A stretch of DNA of 64,000 nt. It comes from Ancylonema sp. Its lineage: Eukaryota. The notes under the pieces are model-generated. The model was not told the origin of the DNA. It ran no database searches and was given only the letters and a program-made list of their open reading frames with translations. Below, piece after piece: positions 41,284-57,889 of the stretch. How positions within the stretch are numbered: the first letter of the stretch is position 1; each line of letters begins with the position of its first letter. A program made the position numbers and the translations under genes. The DNA is taken from positions 1 to 64,000 of the forward strand of contig JBFLGF010000058.1 of NCBI GenBank assembly GCA_050230475.1, read 5' to 3'.

Positions 41284-44197
41284 CCGTACCGGCCAACTTC
41301 AATACCCCACTAATTAATTATTATTATTAATTATTGGCTGGGGTGGGGCAAGGAAAATAATTCGTGATTTGAGATTTTGGGGTATCAAGTAGGTTCGGTA
41401 ATTCGTTTATTGGGACTTGTGGGGTGTTATCCTAAAATTCTGCCAGCCGGGGTAATACCGGCGGCAAGCTCTAAATAACCGGGGAACTTGTCGTTCCAGG
41501 CAAATTTCATGTACCAGGTTCTAGTACCTGCCTTCGTGTATCTTCCTTCGTATCCGTGTTCCAAGGACCACTATGATGGTGGTTCATGATAAGACAATTG
41601 GTCAAGAAAAGTTTTGGAAATGTATTCGATGCTCTTTTGTGTCACAAGGTGTTACATTATGCCACATTATCTCTTGTAGGTCTTTGACAAGCTCGAGGAG
41701 CATAAACAAGAATAAGTTGTGCTTAAAAAAAAACATTGGTGCGTTTGAAGGCAAAAGAACCTCAAACATTTTCGTGCATATGCATGGTCATTCCACACAA
41801 ATGGGAGANATCTTCGGTCAGTCTTCCGTGCAAGAAAGCAGTTACCGCATCCATGTGTTCAATTTCCCAACCCTCCTGATTCGCAATAGCTAGTAGAAAA
41901 GATATAGAGGTACTATCTACTATAGGTGCGAATATTTCATTATAATCAACTCCTTCTTGTTGTAGAAAACCCTGAGCGACCAGTCTGACTTTATATCTTT
42001 CAATTCAGGGCCTACAACGTTATATCGAACTACTTAGAGTGCAAAATGGTCAGTAATCCCTACTTCGTCAAATTTCGACGTCTAAAATCGATTATTGAAA
42101 TTTTCCCGGTGCGGCACACGTATCGCACGCGTGCGCTAGCGCACGCGTGCCGCAAGCGTGCGCATATCTTGCGCACGGTGTTGACTAGGGTGGCGGTAAC
42201 CCGCATTTTTTTTGTCCGGTTTAAAAATAACCCGCATACACCCTCAAATAACCCGCAAATACCCTAACGTACCCCTAATTTCCCCCACCGTACCCTCAAT
42301 AACCCTTCCATACCCGGAAATATCCCTAAATACCCTCAAATACCCTGAATAACCCTAGCATATCCTAACATACCCTGAGGGTATTATACCCTATCAAAAG
42401 CTGGAAAAGAAACTTGTTTTTAGTATTTTAAAAAAAATCATGACTAAAATTTGCATGTTAAGAGAGTCTCTTTGAAAGACACGCAATTGGGAAAGCATAG
42501 ACGTTGTATACACGAGTATTTGACGGTATCTTTGTAAAAATGGAGCATGTCAACCATAGTGACTCGATCATCTTATTCTTAACGTGAATGTAAGAAAATG
42601 TTACGTATGAATCCTTTCAGCAGTGTTGTCATTATGACTTGATGGACACTAACATGTCGTTTGGGTGACGCTTGTATCATACTCGTGTTATGCGCGACAT
42701 GCACCTTGTGATTGTGTTTGTTGTGATGGGCATGTTTGCCACGTCGTCGATTTTATCCCTTTTCAGACACTTGATAGTGTGAAATGCATAGCATGCAAAT
42801 TATTATCAATTGAGGCAAAAAAATATTGGAAAGGAGATTGATAAAAAATTTCAACACCCTGAAGAGATTGATCCACAAGTTGCTACCATCATATTCGAGA
42901 ACCACGAGTCAATAAATATATTCATAAAATAGTCATACCAAGGTAGGAACGATCATAAGTACTCTAAGAAAAGATTCATATGACACTCAGCTGAGGCATC
43001 TTGTGCTAAGGGGCTCCAATGGATTCGAGAAAATTGTTGCGAGGGGAGATTTTCTCCATCCCCATTTTCCCTTGGGGGGTAAGCCCCTTGCTGGGAGTCC
43101 CACTTGCGCTCACTCAGTAAATCAGCCACCCACCCACATAGCTATCCGCGACCTCTACACAAGTCCTACTTCGGCAGTCTGGAGACAACTTGTCGCCGAC
43201 AAAGGGGATAGGGTTCGCGCCGTTCGCAACAAGGTTTTATGGGCCACGGCCAGGCCGCACAGATTCGTAACTGAAATTAGGCGATAAAATACCTATATAT
43301 GAGAAAAAATCCCCAGAAGAACCTTACCTCATGTACCCAGGAATACCCTCAAATACCCTCAAATACCCTCAAATACCCTCAAATACTCTCAAATACCCTG
43401 GGGTATTCCGAGTATTTTCGGGTAAGAGGGTTATTCCGGGTTATTGCGGGTATTTAACCCGGTTTTTGGCTGCCGGATTATTTGCGGGTTAATACCTCAG
43501 GGTTACGGGTTAAGGGTTTTCCGGGTTAAGGGTACACCGCCACCCTAGTGCTGACCCATCTATGCCCTGGATTGTAGTATTAAGTATCCCCCCCCCCGGG
43601 GGGGGGGATACGATTTGAATGCCTATGGTCGTGCACCGTCCGCGAGATTTGCGGACGCGTGCGGCACGCGTGCACGAGCGCGCGCGTTCGGCTCGCGTAC
43701 GAGACACGCACGCCAAAATCCCAACAGTGATCTTAACTTTTCCCATCCCCTTCCCCCACCAAAAAATAATTAATTATCTTGATTCCCCGCCGTGGGGCTC
43801 ACGGCCTTCCCCAAACCTCCTATTTTAGCAATAATTACATTACCCCATTAACTCAAGACCCCAACCCACCGACGGGTTTCTATTTCTTTTTTGACCCTAC
43901 ATGGACACAATAATAGCCCGTATATCCATTGACGCCCGTAATAGGTGACAACAGTGCATCGAAAATTGAAATGCGCTAAGAATCGTACCCGAAGAGAAAT
44001 CCCGGTCACTTGAACTTGTCGTCGCTATTACTTCGGCTAGCAACAACATACGAAATTTTAGGATAATACCCCACAAGTCCCAAATAACGAGTTACCGAAT
44101 ATACTTAATACCCCAGAAGTGAGAATCTTGAATTAATTTCCTTACTCCACCCCGGCCAAAAATATTTAACTAGTGGGGTATTAAAGTCGGTCGCTAG
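41284..44197. mobile_element. Long-TIR (~160 bp) CCGTA-type element enclosing a hAT; contains an N at 41809
   Basis: 41284-41442 is an imperfect inverted repeat of 44052-44197 (e.g. TTATTGGGACTTGTGGGG / CCCCACAAGTCCCAAATAA). Confidence 0.6.
42186..43547. mobile_element. Non-autonomous hAT element
   Basis: TIR TAGGGTGGCGGT / ACCGCCACCCTA; TSD GTGTTGAC/GTGCTGAC; AAATACCCTC subterminal repeats. Confidence 0.85.
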
Positions 44198-46265
44198 TTG
44201 GGTCTTTGGTGCTCGCGTCCCGAGCGCGCGCCGAGCGCGCTCGGTCTCGAGCGCCCTCAGTTAGAGCATTGTTTAGTGCCGCTCAATCTAACTCTCGATT
44301 CGATGGGTAACCGAAACGTGGTTCAGTACGATTTCTGTACGTCGAGCGTGGCTCTCGACTTTTTCGAGAGTCGCCCACTCACATTTTTGAAGGCCTCGCT
44401 TAGTGCACACTCGATTCTGCCACGGCCCTTCTATCGTTCTCTGCACCCTCAGTATGCATTCTCTAGCACTCTCTGTGGGGTCTCAATTTTGATGACGGTC
44501 GAGCCCCTCCTGCTCGTCTGCTGTGAAAGAGCGGGCCTACGGATTCTTTCGTAAGCACGTGGACGAGGAGAACATAAAAAAAGAGGTGAGTAAGCTTGCA
44601 TAAAAAATAGTAATAATGTCACGATGTATGAGACAGTTTAAAAGCGATTTCTTACAAACCTATTGCTTNACCGCGGTTGAACGGCTGGTAGGAACGGTCG
44701 TGGTCGGAACGGTCGGGTGGCGGTTGATATTCATTTCCGGAAGTTGGTTTCCGTTCGCGGAACTTTATAAATCGCTAGGTAACATTACATCATTGTAGTA
44801 CCCGGAGAGTTCATAGTTTTTTTCGGACTTGTCCAAAACATGTCCGCTATCGGACGCGCCCGAGACGCTTAGGTGAGCAAAGCGTCCGGGTACTTTGGGC
44901 TTCGTAACCAAATAAAATAATTATCGGACGACATAGATATTTGTATTCTTCTGGTCCTGAGATCCAGCAACCTATGGGATATCGGGCAACTTTAAGACGT
45001 GACTTAACCGTCCATACCACACGTATTTTAGCGAAACAAAAGTACGAAAGGGGTCTAGAGGGTGTGAGGAACAAATTCTAAAAAAACCCTAAAAATATCA
45101 AAGTACCCGGACGTCTACCGGGAGTTTGCGAACCGGACCGGAAGACGTCCGCTAGCGGACGCGTACGTGACATCCGCGTCCGCAAAGAGTCTGTGTACAT
45201 GCATGCATTACATTCATCATAAATGGGTACGCATCAGTCGTATGGGTATTGTACACACGTGGTTATGGTAGATTGTGAATGGTGTGTTGAGCTCTCGCAT
45301 ATTTCTTAATAAATATTGATGCTTTAATTTACCATGTTTTTCTTTTTGTTTGGTTGGTTGGCATGTGTATCCGTTAGCCTTATAACTTCAAATTACATAT
45401 TTAAAAATACGATTGACACTCATATCACTATGTAAAATATTGTCGTGAACAAAGTAGATTTCAACCGAAAGTTCGACCGTACCCATTTTGAGCGTCCGAC
45501 CCATGTAAACAGATATGAAAGATACACGATGGTATTTATATTTGTATGCCTGCGTGGTAGGTTGCTCTTGAAGATTGCATTGAACCAAGTATATGACCAA
45601 GTAGCACAACACTGGAGCTGAGCACATGTACAAGAGACAATAAAATTAGTCACCCGAACATACATAAAGTTTTGTCATTTCTCGTCGCTCCCCTCGTCGT
45701 ATACATCTTCTTTTATCTCGTCGGCTTCGAGCATAATCATGATTGGTTTGTACGAACAAGAAAGTATCATATCGTATCCCGGAGCCGCAAAACAACTCCG
45801 CCCACCTGTTGTTCCAACCGTGACCCAAGCGCCCAACCGTTGTCCAACCGCCCAACCACTATTCGAGTGCTTAGACGGTAGGATTGGGGTCGCACGGCTG
45901 GACTGTGGTCTTCTAAAATGGCGGTTGGACGACCGCCGTTGGCGGTTGTGCGGTGGGGCGGTTGCCGGTTGAGGCACAGCCGGTTGAGCCCGGTATCGTT
46001 TTGACTGCGGGCTCGAATCCGGGCTGCGAGCTTGGCATTGGGCTCTTTGGGTAACGGGTCCACAGCGGTAGAGAAAAACCGCTTGGGACGGGAAGCGATT
46101 TTCAGGGCGGAGGTACACTTCAAAGATCAAAGATCATAGTGCTAATTATTTAAAATTTCAGGCTGTGTCAGTTGCTCTGTGGAAAGGGGTGGAATCCGGC
46201 TCGGTGAAGCAGAAGGGTTGTTGTTATCATCTCTAAAGATTGTCGCAGGTTCTCAGGTTGAAGTC

Positions 46266-46886
46266 ATGAGTTTGACGGTTCTCGTTGTCGCACTGATGCT
46301 GCTTACAATCACTGGTGCAGTTGCACATGAGCTGCATTTTTCTGGAGCGAACAGGCAGACGGAGGCTGAGGCGGCAAGGGAAGCACGAATGCTTGTCCGG
46401 TCACAGATTCATGGTGAAGTGCATTCTATTATGAATAGCGCGAAAGGCGAAGCTCTAGCGGGTTTTCCGTTCGGCTCGCTTGAATACATGGCCGAGTGCG
46501 ACACAGATGGAAGCGTGGTGTTTTATCTCGCAGGAATCAGTATAGAGGGATCGAATGTCGCAAGCAGTCCTCAACGAACGAGCGTCCAAATTCGGAATCT
46601 GGATTGGTACACGCATCCAGTAGGACGAGGGGTGATGGATACTGCGCGGCTCGAATTGTTCGGTGACATGAGCGTTGTTCCCGAGGATGAGGAGGCGAGG
46701 ATTGCGAAATGTTTTTTTGAGAGGCACCGGGATGCCACGGTGTGGAAGGAGCATCATTTATTCTCCTTTGTCCGATTGAGACCGATTGCGATCTACATGG
46801 TTGGTGGATTTGGTGACGAGCACTACATTGGCTTCATAGGCACTGAGCTGTACAAAAATGCAACGCCGGAACGTCTGAACCAGTAA
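46266..46886 (+). CDS. Secreted CREG / pyridoxamine-5'-phosphate-oxidase-like split-barrel protein, intronless
   Basis: Signal peptide MSLTVLVVALMLLTITGAVA; AAREARMLV..GFPFGSLEYMAEC..G..RLELFG..CFFERHRDATVW..IYMVGGFGDEHYIGFI..LY. Confidence 0.87.
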   Translation: MSLTVLVVALMLLTITGAVAHELHFSGANRQTEAEAAREARMLVRSQIHGEVHSIMNSAKGEALAGFPFGSLEYMAECDTDGSVVFYLAGISIEGSNVASSPQRTSVQIRNLDWYTHPVGRGVMDTARLELFGDMSVVPEDEEARIAKCFFERHRDATVWKEHHLFSFVRLRPIAIYMVGGFGDEHYIGFIGTELYKNATPERLNQ

Positions 46887-48189
46887 TCAGGATCCTGTGA
46901 TGCTGCACCACTTTGGAGATATGCTGGTAGGAAGGAAGGCACGCCCCAGCTGCGGCTCCAACCGCCACGGGATGTCTGAAATCCTTTTGGTTAACCCCTG
47001 GTCGGCTACCCAGGAGTTGCCAACAATGCCTACAAAAGGTAGGACTGAGGGGCAAGCTGGGTGATTTCTGGACATTCCGGATGTCCTGAGTCCTCCCAGG
47101 AAATAACACACAGGTTGGTGTGGACCAACTTGGAGGTGGAAATCGCGTGGGTGATGCTATGGAGGGGTTGTAACGGTGTTAGGGGTGAGAGGGGTGCGTC
47201 CAGTTGGTGGTTCAGTGACACGGATCCTAAGGCAGCCTCACAGCTTTTGATCCAGCGCTGCTGGGACGCCTTGGACCAACGATGGACGGACGGACGGACT
47301 GGCGGTACGGTGGACGGATGGCGATGTTGTTGTGTAAAATGGTAGTGTATTGGGAATTCCGTTTTTTAATTTTTAGTAGGGGTGAAGACTTGCGTGAAGA
47401 GAGGGAGGGGTACTCTACCACGGGACCAGCGGACGTAGGTCAGGAGTCAGTTTGTAGGTGAGGTGCGTAGTGGATGGACTTGTGGAGATATGCATCAGGG
47501 AGCAATCTCTCGTTCATGAAGGTTTGGTTCTGGGTGGGAAGTGACTTGTGTTGCTTTGCTACCTTTGTGTGGAAGGGATGAGGACACAAGTAGAGGTCAT
47601 TATTTTTAGTGTGTGTGTACAGAGGTCGCCGTCAAGAACATATACAGCAATATCTGGAATATATGGAAGATCAGGATGTCCTCAATCACTGCTTTTGGTG
47701 TAGGTTGAGTTTTAGATATAGGAACACATGATGTGGCTTTTGGGAATGAACTGCATGTGCACTGCTTGTTGCATATAACTTCGTGTGGCCAACGTCTCCT
47801 GGTGCTTGTGTCCCCTTGGTTACAAAGCGTGTGGTCGCATAAATTTGTTGTTGTAGAGGAGGGGTCATCATGGGAACTTGCAACAATACACCTCTCAATG
47901 CCCAAGGGAAAGTAGAACTTGGTGAGTAAGGACAAATTTGGCGGATGAAAGTTTGTTCCATTTTTACTAGAAGCCTGCCTTAGTTGGGTCGTCTGCGTTC
48001 TGATTGTAACGAGTAACAATCAAAAATGTTCATATTTTCTTGAGTTTTGGGTGTATTCCGTCCTTTATTCCATACTTGGCCACAGGCGGTCCGAACACAA
48101 ACGCTATTGCCGAAAAAAGTGCAAAAAAAACGTTCCAAAAATTACACGTTGTGTTTCTCTTGATGTTGTACATATTCTTCTCGTCTTTA

Positions 48190-48245
48190 AATAAGTGTAT
48201 TTTATAGAAGCACGATGGGAACCCCATTTGAGTACAAGAGCAACA
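48190..48245 (-). repeat. 3' tail remnant of the non-LTR element at 56440-57070
   Basis: Reverse complement TTGTACTCAAATGGGGTTCCCATCGTGCTTCTATAAAAT matches 57026-57064. Confidence 0.7.
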
Positions 48246-49086
48246 ATAATTGACCACCCTTAAGAAAACCACCGTGTTGTCTTTTGGTCTTTTCCGTTCC
48301 GGACAATTAGTGTCCGGGACAGATGAGGGCCACATATGGAGTCAAACATGGGTTGTCCTTTTGAGGGCACACAGCCATTTCATAGCCATTTGTCGTTTGC
48401 CAAGCACGAGGTCAATGCCATAATTTGCATTGACAATCCGAAAACCCAATTGCAACTTCACAACATTCACTTAGATACCAACTTCGACTAGTGCACATCT
48501 CTTCCAAAAAGTCGATGCTAGCACACCTCCAACCCTACATGTATCTTTGGAATGCAGTTACATTTGTCCCTATCAATCTCCTTCGAGTACACTTTGATAC
48601 ACAATAGAAACACTTTTGGTTGGACAAACTGTACTACATTGCTACTAACCAATATGCTACAATAATTGAAAAAAACCACCTTTAAAATTCTGAAAACCTT
48701 GTCTTCCATCCTTGTCTACTATGTTCAAGACACATATTTGTGTTTTGTTCAAATACTCTCACGCCACGCGTGCTCTCCCTCAACTACTCTCCCTCACTGC
48801 AACTATTTTCCAGAAATTTGGAACCAAGAAAACAGAAGGTGACGTAGTACTCGACTTTTTTTGCACCTCCCATGACGTCGTCTTCAAACTTACATCCTTG
48901 CATTGTCCGACAAATGCATTCCTACAATCCCACCCCGCAACCGAACACCGAACACCATCCATCTCCCACCCTCTCTTGTACATCTCCCTCCTCCTCACCC
49001 ATTCTTTCCTCCTTCCTCCCCCATTCTTGCAACCGACAATGTTTCCCCACCTCAACACCCACTCCTCTCCAGTTTCACTTCGTATG

Positions 49087-54330
<5,244 letters not shown>

Positions 54331-54818
54331 GCCTAAGAAGCACCAACAAACCCCCAAAAGACAACACAGGTACAATAAAGCACAGACTATCCGCGGGCTC
54401 CTAAGAGGTTATAAAGACTGAGAGGAAGAGCTTAACTTCACTGGTGCCAAACGACAATTAGTAAGCTGCCACCTTTCAAGCTATAGATGATTCTCAAACT
54501 GGAGACTGATAGAACCGAACACAGTTGCCGTCTGAGGAAAAACGGTGCTGCACGACGCCCTATGATAAGAATGCTTCAGCTCGGATTTGTTCTTTGAACG
54601 CCACGACAGGCTGCCAAGTGGCATGCGACCGCCGTGGGGTTCAGGCTCCCCGGCAACATCCTGTTTGTTTCGCGCGTTAAATCCCGCTGCAAATTTAGCA
54701 ATTTAGAATCGGCGAGGCCGCAAGCTCCATCTGGTCAGGGCTCACGACTTTATGAGGCAATGAGCTCATGCAACCAAAAAGAATAACGAATGAGGCAAGT
54801 TGGGGCCCGGTTTGCGAC

Positions 54819-55035
54819 TAGGGTTGTAAATATGACGTAATCCGGGTTTCGGCGTAAGTAATACAGCCGTAATTTACGAATTACCGTAATATCGTCATTT
54901 TACAAAAACCCATGTAATTTGACGATGGCCTTACATGTAAATCGTGATTGATGTAATTAATAATTTACCGTCATGACGATTAAAATGTAAAAACTACACC
55001 TAGCAAATTCGGGACACTTCGGGAACGCCGAAAGT

Positions 55036-55075
<40 letters not shown>

Positions 55076-55901
55076 AAAAAAAAAAAAAAAAAAAAAAATC
55101 CCCCCCCTTCCACCCCTCCCACGCTCCCCCCGCAATATTTTCTCCCGGAGCACTTTCTCTGTGCGTGAGAGTGCCTGACAATTTACTTTCTTCCTCGTGT
55201 AATAACACACCAGAAATTCCGCTGTAAATACACGTTTTAGTAAAGGACAATGTAATGAAGCCAAAAACTACTTCGTAGCCGACAACATAGTCACAACATT
55301 CTGGCGGACAACAATATTATGTAGGACGACGACGCCATGAAAGTCCAGTGATGGAATACCGCAATGACTTGGAATCTCCCAAGACATTTTCGTCTTCCAA
55401 GTTGGCAGACGAAAGGAGGACGATCCCTACAGAGAAAATATGACGACGGACGAACACTATTTTGTATATGTTGATGAAATTGTTTGTTGGGAAACAATTT
55501 AATATGAAAAGAATCATTGTCATGAATTATTTGGAATGTGTGGTTATTTTGTGTGTGTGGCAAAAAAAGCTCCAAACACGATAGCAATGCAAGTTGATAA
55601 TATGTTATTGCATGTTGTTACTAAATGCAAAGTTGACATTTCATTTTGCGAAGGAGAAAGGGCCACAACTAACACTATAAGTAGGTTGAGGAAGAAATGG
55701 AATATTGGACTTGAGGGGAGATGATGCACTAAAACATGTGTGGAAAGGAAAAATATGGTGTATTGATTTCGAAAAAAAGATAAGGTATAATATTTTGGTA
55801 CACATCTAGGTTATAACATCGAGAACTCCGTCCATGTGGGACAAATAATATGAAAACTACGTGGTTTTAATATTAATTAAAAAATACACAATCTACAACC
55901 A

Positions 55902-55964
<63 letters not shown>

Positions 55965-56168
55965 ACCCACACACCTTCCCCCCCCCCCCCCCATAGCAAC
56001 CCTTATTAGAATCCTTACATATTACGTGTTATCGCCAATTTGGCCATGTATTACGTAATTGAGCAAATCGATGTAATTTGTAAGAATACGGTAAGATTAC
56101 CGTAAAAAACGGTAATTGACATATTACATAATGTAAAAAAAAACGTAAATGTAAAATTCACAACCCTA
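54819..56168. mobile_element. Non-autonomous hAT element upstream of PRS
   Basis: TIR TAGGGTTGT / ACAACCCTA; perfect 8-bp TSD TTTGCGAC; CGTAA-rich subterminal repeats. Confidence 0.9.
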
Positions 56169-56439
56169 TTTGCGACCAGACCGCATTTGGTTACTCAGTT
56201 ACAAGTAATCGTAACTTGTAGCTGCCACCGAATTTGGAAGGCTGGCGTGCGCGTTTGTGCGGCGCAGTTGAATAACCGAACAACCAACACCACAGTTTCG
56301 AGCATAGATGTACACGCCTGTCAAAATCTCCGCCGGGCGGCGCCCGCGGGCGGAACGCGGGCGGGAATGTCCACGTGGCGTGCGGGTATATAGAGCTTCT
56401 TTTATGGTTCTGGTGTTTTCAGTAATTAAAACTAAACAC

Positions 56440-57070
56440 TAATCGAATCTTCCGTCCTCCGCTCCGGGCGGTTGTGGGGGGCGAGTGGATATATTGTTAT
56501 TTCGGATTTGGTGGAAGGGCATATTTTGGTGGATGTGGTCATTGCTCACCCCACGCGGCGTGACTTGGTGGATCGCGCGGCTTGTCGAGGGTTGGTGGCC
56601 GCAGAAGATGCAGAACGGCGCAAAGAAACCCACTATCGTGATCGCGGCAGGGACCAAATTTATCCCGTTTGCGTTAGAGACGTACGGTGCGCTTTCCGAT
56701 GCAAGCAATCGGTTACTGGTGGATTGTGCTCACCGTGCGGCGCAACTGAATGGGCGGGCGGTCGGGGCGGAATGAATGTTAGTTTGTTAGTTACTTACTT
56801 GGTTTCGGCAGGCAGAGAGTTTCTGTTGCTTTACAACGTTCTCTAGCACATGCAATCCATGCTAGAACGTTGCGATTGGAAGAGGGTATGGCTCTGTTTG
56901 TTACCTCCCCCCCCTCCGCGGGTGGTTATTGTCGTCAGCGGAGTTAAGGATTGTTGCTCGGTTGTTTTAGGGTTGGGGTTGTTTTTCTTCTTCTGTTCCG
57001 TGAGGTTGGTACAATAACGTTGGTGTTGTACTCAGATGGGGTTCCCATCGTGCTTTAATAAAATGCATCT
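56440..57070 (+). mobile_element. 5'-truncated non-LTR retrotransposon with restriction-like endonuclease (CRE-like), frameshifted
   Basis: Across frames: RVDIL..ILVDVVIAHPTRRDLV..AAEDAERRKETHY..KFIPFALETYGAL..VSVALQRSLAHAIHAR, then a T-rich UTR and AATAAA. Confidence 0.75.
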
Positions 57071-57889
57071 CTCTTTCTCAATTAATTTGTTAATGATTTG
57101 TAATAAAGATTCCGGGAATCCGGTAGTTATTATCGATGATTTTTAGCAATGATTTCTTGAAGCCTACATACAAAATTCAAAACAAATCCAAAAGTGGTAT
57201 TAACATCAATGATTTTTGGTTGATGATTCGGACCTTATAGGTATTAATATAAATGATTACTTTCGGGTTTCAATAATTAATTAAAAATCATTTATAATTC
57301 AGCAATGACCTTCTTATTAGGACCTACAATGACCTGATCATCTACATGAATACCCAAAATAATTCTGCTCTGACCCAGTATGGCATAAAATGCGTCTTTT
57401 TTAGTATGGCATCAATGGTTTCGAGTTCGAAAAAAAGTTTGGCTAGGAAGGCCAAACTTCTGACAACAGCGCTCTTCCTAGGTGACGTTTAGTTGCCACT
57501 ACGGGCCCATTTCGCAGGATAAGTCTTTCTGCTGCCAGGCTACACCCGCAGACTCGTACGTTTAACAAGACTCGTACGTTTAATAATCAGATATTTTCTG
57601 TAAGGAAATGATTACATGACGAATCTTCGGGGTCGTCGTTTTTAAATCCTGGTGTCTCCACATACCGAGCTATGACGGATGTTTTTCGTGATCCAGTGTC
57701 GAAAGAGGGGCCAAGAAAGGGACGCAAACGGATGGCATAATAAAATTTGATGTAATGTATCCCGAATATCGACGGAACATCTGTTTACATACCGTGTGGC
57801 ACACAATGCACTCGCCGAGCTGAGTTGACAATTAGGTTCCGGTAATTTGAAACGGGAGATAACTCTTCGAAAAGTTGTTAACCTGCACC

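Noticed and set aside
47640..48720. Possible further LINE remnants (KFVPFLLE-like motif)
   Set aside because: Too degenerate to support
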